A DNA stretch of 32,000 nucleotides. It comes from Vibrio cholerae ATCC 14035. GTDB taxonomy: Bacteria; Pseudomonadota; Gammaproteobacteria; Enterobacterales; Vibrionaceae. The stretch spans positions 44,393 through 76,392 of the forward strand of contig NZ_JHXR01000019.1 in the NCBI RefSeq assembly GCF_000621645.1, in the 5' to 3' direction. Below are positions 9,541 to 21,256 of the stretch, piece after piece. Below the pieces are notes generated by a model. That model was not told the DNA's origin. It saw only the letters and a program-made list of their open reading frames with translations, and did no database searches. Position 1 is the first letter of the stretch; every line of letters starts with the position of its first letter. The position numbers and the translations under genes are program-made.

Positions 9541-9648
9541 ACCCTCCTTGATCGAAAAAACAGGAAAGCGATTTTCTAGCCAACCGAAAGAGGTTAGAAT
9601 ACGCCTCTTTTGTTAACCCATAGTCTCGATGAATACCTGAGGTCGTTC

Positions 9649-11544
9649 ATGCTTTATCACGAAACATTTGACGTCATTGTGGTTGGTGGCGGTCACGCAG
9701 GAACGGAAGCCGCTCTCGCTGCAGCACGTACAGGACAGCGTACGTTACTTCTTACCCACAATATTGACACCCTAGGCCAAATGTCCTGTAACCCTGCCAT
9801 TGGTGGGATCGGTAAAGGTCATTTAGTCAAAGAAGTGGATGCAATGGGCGGTTTGATGGCGCAAGCTATCGATCACGCAGGTATTCAATTTCGTACACTG
9901 AACGCTTCAAAAGGGCCAGCCGTGCGTGCAACTCGTGCACAAGCCGATCGTGCTCTGTACAAAGCCTATGTGCGTAATGTGTTAGAAAACACCCCGAATC
10001 TCACCCTGTTCCAACAAGCGGTAGATGATGTGATCGTCGAGCATGATCATATTCGTGGTGTTGTGACTCAGATGGGCCTGAAATTTCATGCCAAAGCGGT
10101 AGTGTTAACCGTCGGGACTTTCCTTGGCGGTAAGATCCATATCGGCCTTGAAAACTATGCTGGGGGTCGTGCTGGGGATCCACCATCGATCGCTTTGGCG
10201 CACCGACTGCGTGAACTGCCATTTCGTGTTGATCGCTTAAAAACCGGCACACCACCACGTATCGATGCCAATAGCGTTGATTTCTCGGTATTGGAAGCGC
10301 AGCACGGTGATAATCCGACCCCAGTTTTTTCCTTCATGGGCAAGCGTGAGCACCATCCACGCCAAATTCCGTGTTACATCACGCACACCAATGAGCGCAC
10401 CCATGATGTGATCCGCGCTAACCTTGATCGCAGCCCTATGTATGCCGGGATCATCGAAGGGATCGGCCCGCGTTACTGTCCATCGATCGAAGATAAAGTG
10501 ATGCGTTTTGCCGATAAAGACAGTCACCAAATTTTTATTGAGCCAGAGGGTTTAACCACCACTGAACTCTATCCGAACGGCATTTCCACCAGCTTGCCAT
10601 TTGACGTGCAAGTGCAGATCGTACGTTCAATGAAAGGTTTTGAGAACGCACATATCGTTCGTCCGGGTTACGCGATTGAATACGACTTCTTCGATCCACG
10701 TGATTTGAAGCAAACGTATGAAACCAAATATATCCATGGTTTGTTCTTTGCAGGACAAATCAACGGTACTACAGGTTACGAAGAAGCCGCTGCGCAAGGC
10801 TTGATGGCGGGTCTGAACGCCAGCTTGTACAGCCAAGACAAAGAAGGCTGGAGTCCACGTCGCGATCAGGCGTACATGGGCGTGTTGATCGACGATCTTT
10901 CGACCATGGGCACTAAAGAACCTTACCGTATGTTCACTTCGCGTGCGGAATATCGTCTGCTGCTGCGTGAAGACAACGCTGATCTGCGTTTGACCGAAAA
11001 AGCGCGTGAGCTTGGCCTTGTGGATGATGCGCGTTGGGCACGTTTCAACCAAAAAATCGACAACATGGCCAAAGAGCGTCAACGCTTACAAGAAACTTGG
11101 ATGAATCCAAACTCGGTTGGCGTCGAACAGCTCAATACCCTGCTGAAAACGCCGATGTCGCGTGAAGCCAGTGGTGAAGACTTACTGCGTCGCCCTGAAA
11201 TGACCTATGAGCTGCTGACCACTTTGCCGGCTTTTGCCCCTGCTTTGGAAGATGCAGAAGCCGCCGAACAGGTAGAGATTCAAGTTAAATACGATGGCTA
11301 CATTCAGCGCCAGCAAGATGAAATTGAAAAATCGCTGCGCCATGAACATACCAAGCTGCCAGCTGAGCTTGATTATAAGCAAGTCAAAGGTCTTTCAAAC
11401 GAGGTGGTATTGAAGCTCAATGCGGCTAAACCAGAAACCATTGGAATTGCATCACGTATTTCAGGTATCACGCCTGCGGCGATTTCTATTTTGCTGGTTC
11501 ACCTGAAAAAACACGGCATGCTGAAAAAGGGAGAAGCGGCGTAA
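9649..11544 (+). CDS. mnmG: tRNA uridine 5-carboxymethylaminomethyl modification enzyme MnmG (GidA)
   Basis: [27 protein letters not shown] is an FAD-binding GxGxxG N-terminus, and the whole 631 aa is collinear with GidA. The track start at 9610 is an upstream TTG extension. Confidence 0.96.
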   Translation: MLYHETFDVIVVGGGHAGTEAALAAARTGQRTLLLTHNIDTLGQMSCNPAIGGIGKGHLVKEVDAMGGLMAQAIDHAGIQFRTLNASKGPAVRATRAQADRALYKAYVRNVLENTPNLTLFQQAVDDVIVEHDHIRGVVTQMGLKFHAKAVVLTVGTFLGGKIHIGLENYAGGRAGDPPSIALAHRLRELPFRVDRLKTGTPPRIDANSVDFSVLEAQHGDNPTPVFSFMGKREHHPRQIPCYITHTNERTHDVIRANLDRSPMYAGIIEGIGPRYCPSIEDKVMRFADKDSHQIFIEPEGLTTTELYPNGISTSLPFDVQVQIVRSMKGFENAHIVRPGYAIEYDFFDPRDLKQTYETKYIHGLFFAGQINGTTGYEEAAAQGLMAGLNASLYSQDKEGWSPRRDQAYMGVLIDDLSTMGTKEPYRMFTSRAEYRLLLREDNADLRLTEKARELGLVDDARWARFNQKIDNMAKERQRLQETWMNPNSVGVEQLNTLLKTPMSREASGEDLLRRPEMTYELLTTLPAFAPALEDAEAAEQVEIQVKYDGYIQRQQDEIEKSLRHEHTKLPAELDYKQVKGLSNEVVLKLNAAKPETIGIASRISGITPAAISILLVHLKKHGMLKKGEAA

Positions 11545-12176
11545 TGAATCCGTTACGAGTCAAACTCGACGCCTTGATCAGCAAAACCAGCTTAACGGTG
11601 ACAGAGCAGCAACGTGAGCAGCTCGTTGGGTATGTGCAGCTGCTCGACAAATGGAACAAAGCTTATAACCTCACTTCCGTGCGGGATCCGATGGAAATGT
11701 TGGTGAAACACATTCTTGATAGTTTGGTGGTCAGTCCGCATCTTGTCGGTGAGCGCTTTATTGATGTGGGTTCTGGGCCTGGATTGCCTGGTATTCCGCT
11801 TGCGATCATGCACCCAGATAAAGAGTTTGTGCTGCTCGATAGTCTTGGTAAACGGATCCGTTTTCTAAAACAGGTGATCCACGATCTCAAGATCAACAAT
11901 GTGTTACCCGTGCAGAGTCGAGTGGAAGAGTTTGATCCTGAATCCGGTTTTGATGGCGTATTAAGTCGCGCTTTTGCGTCGATGACCGACATGGTCAACT
12001 GGTGTCAGCATCTACCAAAACCGAATGCTGGGGTATTTTTAGCCCTCAAAGGAGTACGGCCTGATGATGAAATCACCCTACTCCCTGAGTGGTGTTCTGT
12101 GACCGATATCAAAGCTTTGCAAGTTCCTGAGTTGGAAGGTGAGCGTCATCTTGTAATCTTATCGCGCAAGGGATAA
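11544..12176 (+). CDS. rsmG: 16S rRNA (guanine527-N7)-methyltransferase RsmG (GidB)
   Basis: 210 aa with the SAM-binding motif [15 protein letters not shown]. Its start overlaps the mnmG stop (TAATG). Confidence 0.93.
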   Translation: MNPLRVKLDALISKTSLTVTEQQREQLVGYVQLLDKWNKAYNLTSVRDPMEMLVKHILDSLVVSPHLVGERFIDVGSGPGLPGIPLAIMHPDKEFVLLDSLGKRIRFLKQVIHDLKINNVLPVQSRVEEFDPESGFDGVLSRAFASMTDMVNWCQHLPKPNAGVFLALKGVRPDDEITLLPEWCSVTDIKALQVPELEGERHLVILSRKG

Positions 12177-12190
12177 CAGCGAGGCATACC

Positions 12191-12964
12191 GTGGGTAAAA
12201 TCGTAGCAATCGCCAATCAGAAAGGCGGAGTTGGGAAAACAACAACTTGTATCAATCTGGCCGCCTCTATGGCCGCCACCAAACGTAAAGTACTGGTGGT
12301 CGATCTTGACCCACAAGGTAATGCCACTATGGCTAGTGGCGTCGATAAATATCAGGTTGACTCCACGGCTTATGAGCTTTTGGTTGAAGATGCGCCGTTT
12401 GACCAAGTGGTATGTCGCAAAACCACTGGTCACTATGACTTGATTGCCGCCAATGGCGATGTCACTGCGGCTGAAATCAAACTGATGGAAGTGTTTGCCC
12501 GTGAAGTGCGCTTGAAAAACGCACTCGCCTCAGTGCGTGATAACTATGATTTCATCTTTATTGATTGTCCGCCTTCTTTAAACCTTCTTACAATCAACGC
12601 CATGGCAGCCGCCGATTCCGTGTTGGTTCCTATGCAATGTGAGTATTTTGCGTTGGAAGGCTTAACCGCGTTAATGGATACGATCAGCAAACTGGCCGCC
12701 GTGGTTAACGATAACCTCAAAATTGAAGGTATCTTGCGTACCATGTACGACCCACGTAACCGCTTGGCCAATGAAGTTTCTGATCAATTGAAAAAGCACT
12801 TTGGTAGTAAAGTGTATCGTACGGTTATTCCACGTAATGTCCGACTGGCCGAAGCGCCAAGTCATGGTAAACCAGCGATGTATTACGATAAGCAATCGGC
12901 CGGGGCTAAGGCCTATTTAGCGTTAGCTGGTGAGATGTTACGTCGCGAAGAGATTCCCGCATAA
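12191..12964 (+). CDS. parA: Chromosome partitioning ATPase ParA (Soj type)
   Basis: Deviant Walker A NQKGGVGKTTT, 257 aa, GTG start, and followed by parB. Confidence 0.93.
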   Translation: MGKIVAIANQKGGVGKTTTCINLAASMAATKRKVLVVDLDPQGNATMASGVDKYQVDSTAYELLVEDAPFDQVVCRKTTGHYDLIAANGDVTAAEIKLMEVFAREVRLKNALASVRDNYDFIFIDCPPSLNLLTINAMAAADSVLVPMQCEYFALEGLTALMDTISKLAAVVNDNLKIEGILRTMYDPRNRLANEVSDQLKKHFGSKVYRTVIPRNVRLAEAPSHGKPAMYYDKQSAGAKAYLALAGEMLRREEIPA

Positions 12965-12990
12965 AACAACAACTATAGGAATTCGTTTAC

Positions 12991-13872
12991 ATGACTAAAC
13001 GTGGTTTAGGAAAAGGGCTGGATGCACTACTCGCGACCAGTTCATTGGCTCGCGAAAAGCAGCAAGTTGCTTCACTCAGTCAGTCGATGTCGGCGGAAGG
13101 TGAGTTGGCGGATCTTTCCATCTCTAATCTCAAGCCCGGTATTTATCAGCCACGTAAAGATCTTTCCCCAGAAGCTCTGGAAGAGTTGGCGGCATCCATT
13201 CAGTCTCAAGGTATTATCCAGCCGATTGTCGTGCGTCATCTGCCCACCGGAGGATATGAGATCATTGCGGGGGAACGTCGTTGGCGTGCCGCCAAACAAG
13301 CGGGGTTAAAGCAAGTGCCCTGTTTGATCAAGCAAGTGGAAGATCGTGGTGCGATCGCCATGGCATTGATCGAGAACATTCAGCGCGAAGATCTGAATGC
13401 GATGGAAGAGGCACAAGCGCTAGAGCGTTTACAAAACGAATTTAATCTTACCCATCAGCAGGTTGCGGAAGTGATCGGCAAGTCACGCACGACTGTGACC
13501 AATCTGCTGCGTTTGAACCAATTGAGCGATGACGTAAAGCGCTTATTGGAGACCAAACAGTTGGAAATGGGCCATGCTCGTGCTCTTCTGATGTTAGAAG
13601 GTGAACAGCAAGTGGAAATTGCGCAGCAAGTGGCGAAGAAGCAACTGACCGTTCGTCAAACTGAGCAACTTGTAAAAAAATGTTTATCTGACCCATCTGA
13701 CGCAAAAAACGTGTCAGAAGACCTAGAAATACAACAATTGTCACAAAATTTAAGTGAGAAATTAGCAGCAAAAGTCTCTATAGTGAGAACCCCAAACGGT
13801 AAATCGAAAGTGACGATTAGTCTTGATGAGCCTCACAAATTAGAGCTACTGATTGCCAAGCTGCAAAACTAA
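12991..13872 (+). CDS. parB: Chromosome partitioning protein ParB (Spo0J type)
   Basis: ParB box GERRWRAA and HTH region (THQQVAEVIGKSRTTVTNLLRL), 293 aa. Confidence 0.93.
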   Translation: MTKRGLGKGLDALLATSSLAREKQQVASLSQSMSAEGELADLSISNLKPGIYQPRKDLSPEALEELAASIQSQGIIQPIVVRHLPTGGYEIIAGERRWRAAKQAGLKQVPCLIKQVEDRGAIAMALIENIQREDLNAMEEAQALERLQNEFNLTHQQVAEVIGKSRTTVTNLLRLNQLSDDVKRLLETKQLEMGHARALLMLEGEQQVEIAQQVAKKQLTVRQTEQLVKKCLSDPSDAKNVSEDLEIQQLSQNLSEKLAAKVSIVRTPNGKSKVTISLDEPHKLELLIAKLQN

Positions 13873-13879
13873 GTGAGAT

Positions 13880-13897
13880 AATTGATTTAAATCAATT
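13880..13897. repeat. Perfect 18-bp palindrome AATTGATTTAAATCAATT immediately after the parB stop
   Basis: Read directly from the sequence; the two 9-bp arms are exact reverse complements. Confidence 0.9.
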
Positions 13898-13969
13898 GTG
13901 GTAAATCACATTGTTTATGCGAAAGTTGTCGGATTGTATGCAAAATTGTAACTTTTTGCGGTGTTTTCA

Positions 13970-13997
13970 TTGCAATCAGTTGATGCCACCGTATAAT
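13970..13997 (+). promoter_or_regulatory. Candidate atp operon promoter (TTGCAA-16 nt-TATAAT)
   Basis: -35 TTGCAA at 13970..13975 and consensus -10 TATAAT at 13992..13997, 65 nt upstream of atpI. Confidence 0.6.
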
Positions 13998-14061
13998 TTT
14001 CGCCAATTTCCCAGTCCGAAAAAGCGGTTCGAGCTGTGGTGATTACTAGAGGTAAGAATAC

Positions 14062-14451
14062 ATGGTAGCTGTGCTAGCGAGGCAAGGACGAGAGCTTGCA
14101 AAGCGATTGTTATTGATCCAGTTCAGTGCAGTTATGGTTGCGGCAGCTGTGTTTGCAGTGGCGGTAAATGGTGATTGGGGGCTTTCAGCCTTAGTCGGTG
14201 GTGGCATTTTTGTCATTGCTAACGCTGTTTTTGCGGGTTGTGCTTTCCTGTTTGCAGGGGCGCGCGCGTTAAAAATGGTCGCCATCTCGTTTTATACGGG
14301 TGAAGCGCTGAAAATTCTCATCACTATCGTCCTGTTTTCCGTTGCCTACATGTATATGCAGTTGGAACTTGTTCCACTGAAGCTAACCTATTTGCTGGCT
14401 CTAGGTATCAATATCTGTGCGCCAGTGCTATTCATTAACAACAAAAAATAG
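14062..14451 (+). CDS. atpI: ATP synthase protein I
   Basis: A 129-aa hydrophobic protein in first position of the atp operon. Confidence 0.85.
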   Translation: MVAVLARQGRELAKRLLLIQFSAVMVAAAVFAVAVNGDWGLSALVGGGIFVIANAVFAGCAFLFAGARALKMVAISFYTGEALKILITIVLFSVAYMYMQLELVPLKLTYLLALGINICAPVLFINNKK

Positions 14452-14456
14452 GATGA

Positions 14457-15272
<816 letters not shown>

Positions 15273-15315
15273 TAAATTGAATTTTTAATACCCATTGAAT
15301 CTTTGGAGAAATTAG

Positions 15316-15573
<258 letters not shown>

Positions 15574-15587
15574 TCAAGCTTTGTCCT

Positions 15588-15608
15588 GACAAATCGATAA
15601 GATTTGTC
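15588..15608 (+). other. Stem-loop in the atpE-atpF spacer (8-bp stem, 5-nt loop)
   Basis: GACAAATC-GATAA-GATTTGTC is a perfect inverted repeat with no T tract after it. Confidence 0.5.
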
Positions 15609-15646
15609 GTTGATTAACACTAAGTCCACTTTAGGGGGTAGCTGTT

Positions 15647-16117
15647 GTGAATATGAACGCAACTCTGCTAGGTCAAGCAATTTCCTTTGGTATGTTTGTG
15701 TGGTTCTGCATGAAATATGTGTGGCCGCCGATTATCAAAGCGATTGAAGATCGTCAGAAGAAAATTGCTGATGGTTTGCAAGCCGCTGAGCGTGCAAAGA
15801 AAGATCTAGACCTGGCACAAGCTAATGCTTCAGATCAATTGAAAGAAGCAAAACGCACAGCAACTGAGCTCATTGAGCAAGCGAATAAACGTAAAGCACA
15901 AATCATCGACGAAGCACGTGAGGAAGCTCAGGCAGAACGCCAGAAAATCCTGACTCAAGCCGAAGCGGAGATTGAAGCAGAACGTAACCGTGCTCGCGAT
16001 GAGCTGCGTAAACAGGTTGCAACTCTGGCAATTGCTGGTGCTGAGAAAATTCTTGAGCGTTCAATCGATAAAGATACGCACAAAGATATTCTCGACAACA
16101 TTACTGCAAAACTTTAA
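15647..16117 (+). CDS. atpF: F0F1 ATP synthase subunit b
   Basis: 156 aa; [28 protein letters not shown] followed by a long charged helix. The GTG start gives the same length as the E. coli protein. Confidence 0.93.
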   Translation: MNMNATLLGQAISFGMFVWFCMKYVWPPIIKAIEDRQKKIADGLQAAERAKKDLDLAQANASDQLKEAKRTATELIEQANKRKAQIIDEAREEAQAERQKILTQAEAEIEAERNRARDELRKQVATLAIAGAEKILERSIDKDTHKDILDNITAKL

Positions 16118-16131
16118 CGGAGGGGGCGCAT

Positions 16132-16665
16132 ATGTCGGATTTGACTACAATCGCACGCCCCTACGCTAAAGCAGCCTTTGATTTTGCGGTAGAAAAACAG
16201 CAACTTGGCCATTGGAGCCAGATGCTTGCTTTCACCGCTGAAGTCGCAAAAAACGAACAAATGCACGAGCTGTTAACCAGCTCGGGCTCAGCTAATAAAT
16301 TGGCTGAGATTTTTATTGCAGTTTGTGGCGAACAGCTTGATGGTCATGGCCAAAACCTGATTAAGGTAATGGCAGAAAATGGTCGTCTGTTGGCGATTCC
16401 TGCGCTTTATGAGCACTTTGCTGTGCTAAAGCAGGAACATGAGAAGAAAGTAGATGTGGAAGTGATTTCCGCTACTGAACTCAGTGAACAACAGCGTTCA
16501 GAAATTGGCAGCAAGCTTGAGCAGCGTTTAGAGCGCAAAGTTCAGCTGAATTGCAGTGTAGATGAGACTCTGCTTGGCGGAGTTATTATTCGAGCCGGAG
16601 ACTTAGTCATCGATAACTCAGCACGCGGACGTTTGAAGCGTCTGAGCGATGCATTGCAGTCTTGA
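16132..16665 (+). CDS. atpH: F0F1 ATP synthase subunit delta
   Basis: 177 aa of OSCP/delta family, with an N-terminal [11 protein letters not shown] motif. Confidence 0.93.
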   Translation: MSDLTTIARPYAKAAFDFAVEKQQLGHWSQMLAFTAEVAKNEQMHELLTSSGSANKLAEIFIAVCGEQLDGHGQNLIKVMAENGRLLAIPALYEHFAVLKQEHEKKVDVEVISATELSEQQRSEIGSKLEQRLERKVQLNCSVDETLLGGVIIRAGDLVIDNSARGRLKRLSDALQS

Positions 16666-16678
16666 TGGGGATTGGAGC

Positions 16679-18220
16679 ATGCAACTTAATTCCACGGAAA
16701 TTAGCGATCTGATCAAACAACGTATTGAATCTTTCAACGTTGTTAGTGAAGCTCGCAACGAAGGTACTATCGTATCGGTAAGCGACGGTATCATTCGTAT
16801 TCACGGCCTTGCAGATGTTATGCAAGGTGAAATGATTGAATTACCGGGCAACCGTTATGCACTGGCACTGAACCTTGAGCGTGACTCGGTCGGTGCGGTA
16901 GTAATGGGTCCATACGCGGATCTGCGTGAAGGCATGAAAGTAACAGGTACTGGCCGTATTTTGGAAGTTCCTGTTGGTCCTGAGCTGCTAGGTCGTGTAG
17001 TTAACACTCTGGGTGAGCCGATTGATGGTAAAGGCCCAATCGGTGCAAAACAGACTTCACCAGTTGAAGTGATCGCACCGGGTGTTATCGATCGTAAGTC
17101 GGTTGATCAACCTGTTCAAACTGGTTACAAATCAGTGGACTCGATGATTCCAATCGGCCGTGGCCAGCGTGAGCTGATCATCGGTGACCGTCAAACAGGT
17201 AAAACTGCGTTGGCGATTGATGCGATCATCAACCAGAAAAACTCTGGTATTTACTCTATCTATGTTGCTATCGGCCAGAAAGCGTCAACCATTGCGAACG
17301 TAGTTCGTAAATTGGAAGAGCACGGCGCACTGAAAAACACCATTGTTGTGGTGGCTTCAGCGTCTGAATCTGCTGCACTGCAATACCTCGCGCCTTACTC
17401 AGGCTGTGCGATGGGTGAATACTTCCGCGATCGCGGTGAAGATGCGCTGATTGTATACGATGACCTGTCTAAACAGGCTGTTGCTTACCGTCAAATCTCA
17501 CTGCTTCTGCGTCGTCCACCAGGCCGTGAAGCTTTCCCTGGCGACGTTTTCTACCTCCACTCTCGTCTACTAGAGCGTGCCGCTCGTGTAAACGAAGAGT
17601 ACGTAGAGCGTTTCACCAAGGGTGAAGTGAAAGGTAAGACCGGTTCTCTAACCGCTCTGCCAATCATCGAAACTCAAGCTGGTGACGTATCGGCATTCGT
17701 ACCGACCAACGTAATCTCGATCACTGATGGTCAGATCTTCCTACAAACTGAACTGTTCAACGCGGGCGTACGTCCAGCGGTTGACCCAGGTATCTCAGTT
17801 TCTCGTGTAGGTGGTGCAGCGCAAACCAAGATCGTTAAGAAGCTCTCTGGTGGTATCCGTACTGCTCTGGCTGCTTACCGTGAATTGGCGGCGTTTGCTC
17901 AGTTCTCTTCGGATCTGGATGAAGCGACCAAGCGTCAGCTGACTCACGGTCAGAAAGTGACTGAACTGATGAAGCAGAAACAGTATGCACCAATGTCTGT
18001 CTTTGATCAGGCTCTGGTGATCTTTGCTGCGGAACGTGGCTATCTGACAGACGTAGAACTGAACAAGGTTCTCGACTTCGAAGCTGCTCTACTATCGTAT
18101 GCTCGTGCTCATTACGCTGAATTGGCAGCGCAAATCGACAAGACGGGTGCTTACAACGATGAGATCGAAGCTCAGCTGAAGAAGCTGGTTGACGATTTCA
18201 AAGCAACCCAAACTTGGTAA
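16679..18220 (+). CDS. atpA: F0F1 ATP synthase subunit alpha
   Basis: [17 protein letters not shown]-terminus and Walker [10 protein letters not shown], 513 aa. The track start at 16649 overlaps atpH and is rejected. Confidence 0.97.
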   Translation: MQLNSTEISDLIKQRIESFNVVSEARNEGTIVSVSDGIIRIHGLADVMQGEMIELPGNRYALALNLERDSVGAVVMGPYADLREGMKVTGTGRILEVPVGPELLGRVVNTLGEPIDGKGPIGAKQTSPVEVIAPGVIDRKSVDQPVQTGYKSVDSMIPIGRGQRELIIGDRQTGKTALAIDAIINQKNSGIYSIYVAIGQKASTIANVVRKLEEHGALKNTIVVVASASESAALQYLAPYSGCAMGEYFRDRGEDALIVYDDLSKQAVAYRQISLLLRRPPGREAFPGDVFYLHSRLLERAARVNEEYVERFTKGEVKGKTGSLTALPIIETQAGDVSAFVPTNVISITDGQIFLQTELFNAGVRPAVDPGISVSRVGGAAQTKIVKKLSGGIRTALAAYRELAAFAQFSSDLDEATKRQLTHGQKVTELMKQKQYAPMSVFDQALVIFAAERGYLTDVELNKVLDFEAALLSYARAHYAELAAQIDKTGAYNDEIEAQLKKLVDDFKATQTW

Positions 18221-18264
18221 TGAGGTCGGTGGCAGTTTCTGCCACCAACTAACGGAGAGTAACG

Positions 18265-19131
18265 ATGGCCGGCGCAAAAGAGATACGTACTAAGATCGGG
18301 AGTGTGAAAAGCACTCAGAAGATTACGAAAGCGATGGAAATGGTGGCTGCTTCAAAAATGCGTCGTTCACAGGACGCTATGGAGTCATCACGCCCTTACG
18401 CACAAACAATACGTAAAGTGATCGGTCATGTCGCCAACGCAAGTCTAGAGTATCGTCATCCGTATCTAGAAGAGCGTGAAGCGAAGCGAGTTGGTTACAT
18501 CATTATTTCTACAGACCGCGGTTTGTGTGGTGGTTTGAACATTAACTTGTTCAAAAAAGCCATCACAGATATGCAAACTTGGAAAGAGAAAGGTGCGCAG
18601 ATTGAGCTGGCGATTATCGGCTCAAAAGCGACCGCTTTTTTCAACAACAGCGGCGCGAAAGTAGCGGCTCAGGTTTCTGGTTTGGGCGACAGCCCAAGCT
18701 TAGAAGATCTGATCGGTTCGGTTGGCGTCATGCTGAAGAAATACGATAAAGGTGAGTTAGACCGCCTTTATCTGGTGTTCAACCAGTTTGTGAACACCAT
18801 GGTGCAAAAACCAAAGATCGATCAATTGCTACCTTTGCCAAAATCGGACAGCGAAGATATGCAGCGTGATCACATGTGGGACTACATCTACGAGCCTGAA
18901 CCAAAGCCTCTATTAGATGCGCTTTTACTGCGCTTCATTGAGTCGCAGGTTTATCAAGGTGTTGTAGAAAACCTAGCGTGTGAGCAAGCAGCCCGAATGG
19001 TTGCGATGAAAGCTGCTACCGATAACGCGAGCAACCTGATTGATGATTTACAACTTGTGTACAACAAAGCCCGTCAGGCGGCGATTACACAAGAATTGTC
19101 GGAAATCGTAGGCGGCGCGGCTGCGGTTTAA
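18265..19131 (+). CDS. atpG: F0F1 ATP synthase subunit gamma
   Basis: [34 protein letters not shown]-terminus and [16 protein letters not shown]-terminus. Confidence 0.96.
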   Translation: MAGAKEIRTKIGSVKSTQKITKAMEMVAASKMRRSQDAMESSRPYAQTIRKVIGHVANASLEYRHPYLEEREAKRVGYIIISTDRGLCGGLNINLFKKAITDMQTWKEKGAQIELAIIGSKATAFFNNSGAKVAAQVSGLGDSPSLEDLIGSVGVMLKKYDKGELDRLYLVFNQFVNTMVQKPKIDQLLPLPKSDSEDMQRDHMWDYIYEPEPKPLLDALLLRFIESQVYQGVVENLACEQAARMVAMKAATDNASNLIDDLQLVYNKARQAAITQELSEIVGGAAAV

Positions 19132-19141
19132 GCTTAGGTAA

Positions 19142-20569
<1,428 letters not shown>

Positions 20570-20587
20570 GGCTGACTAGGAGGCGAT

Positions 20588-21010
20588 ATGGCAGCAATAA
20601 CCTTTCATCTGGACGTAGTGAGCGCAGAGAAAAAACTGTTCTCTGGCTTGGTTGAAACGTTTCAGGTGACCGGTAGCGAAGGTGAGCTGGGTATTTTCCA
20701 CGGCCATACACCGCTGCTGACCGCTATCAAGCCTGGTATGGTGCGTATTGTGAAACTGCACGGCCACGAAGAGTACATTTATGTCTCAGGTGGTATTGTT
20801 GAGGTTCAGCCGGGCACAGCGACTGTGTTGGCCGATACCGCAATCCGTGGAGAAGATCTGGACGCAGCTAAGGCAGAAGAAGCCAAACGTCGTGCGGAAG
20901 AGCGTATTCTCAACCAGCATGGCGATATGGACTTTGCACAAGCGGCCAGTGAACTGGCTAAAGCCATCGCGCAGCTTCGCGTGATTGAATTGACCAAAAA
21001 GCGTCGTTAA
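20588..21010 (+). CDS. atpC: F0F1 ATP synthase subunit epsilon
   Basis: 140 aa, last gene of the operon, with a beta-sandwich plus helical hairpin pattern. Confidence 0.93.
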
Positions 21011-21030
21011 TCATGCTTACAAGCTGATAA

Positions 21031-21057
21031 AAAGCCTGACCTATGTCAGGCTTTTTT
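21031..21057 (+). terminator. Rho-independent terminator of the atp operon
   Basis: AGCCTGAC-CTAT-GTCAGGCT is a perfect 8-bp stem followed by a T tract (to 21057). Confidence 0.85.
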
Positions 21058-21195
21058 GTCTCTTGTGCACCGCTTATCGGTAAGAGTGTGTGACGTTATG
21101 GGATGTTTTTTGTCCCGTTATTGACTGATCACTAATAAATAAACGTGATTTTCTATGAAAATAATCGCTCTTCTTATTTTCGAGATAATCGGCAA

Positions 21196-21224
21196 TTAAC
21201 TATTTTCAGTTTGCTGTTTAGAAT
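21196..21224 (+). promoter_or_regulatory. Candidate glmU promoter (TTAACT-17 nt-TAGAAT)
   Basis: Hexamers at 21196..21201 and 21219..21224, ~30 nt upstream of the glmU ATG. Only a moderate match to consensus. Confidence 0.35.
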
Positions 21225-21256
21225 ACGACGCAGAAAAATGACTAGGTAGATAACAA

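Larger units (their letters stand above)
9222..9560. other. oriC: Chromosomal replication origin (oriC type; oriCI of a Vibrio chromosome I)
   Basis: A non-coding mioC-mnmG gap with 4 consensus and 1 near-consensus DnaA boxes. It has 13 GATC sites between 9310 and 9553, and an AT-rich region with tandem GATCT-initiated 12/13-mers on the mnmG side. Confidence 0.9.

Noticed and set aside
11699-11712. A GTGAAACA half of the chromosomal parS consensus (TGTTTCACGTGAAACA) inside rsmG.
   Set aside because: Only the right half matches. The left half (AAATGTTG) does not, so it is not a palindromic parS. I found no full parS-like 16-mer in the window, consistent with my recollection that the chromosome I parS sites lie tens of kb from oriC.
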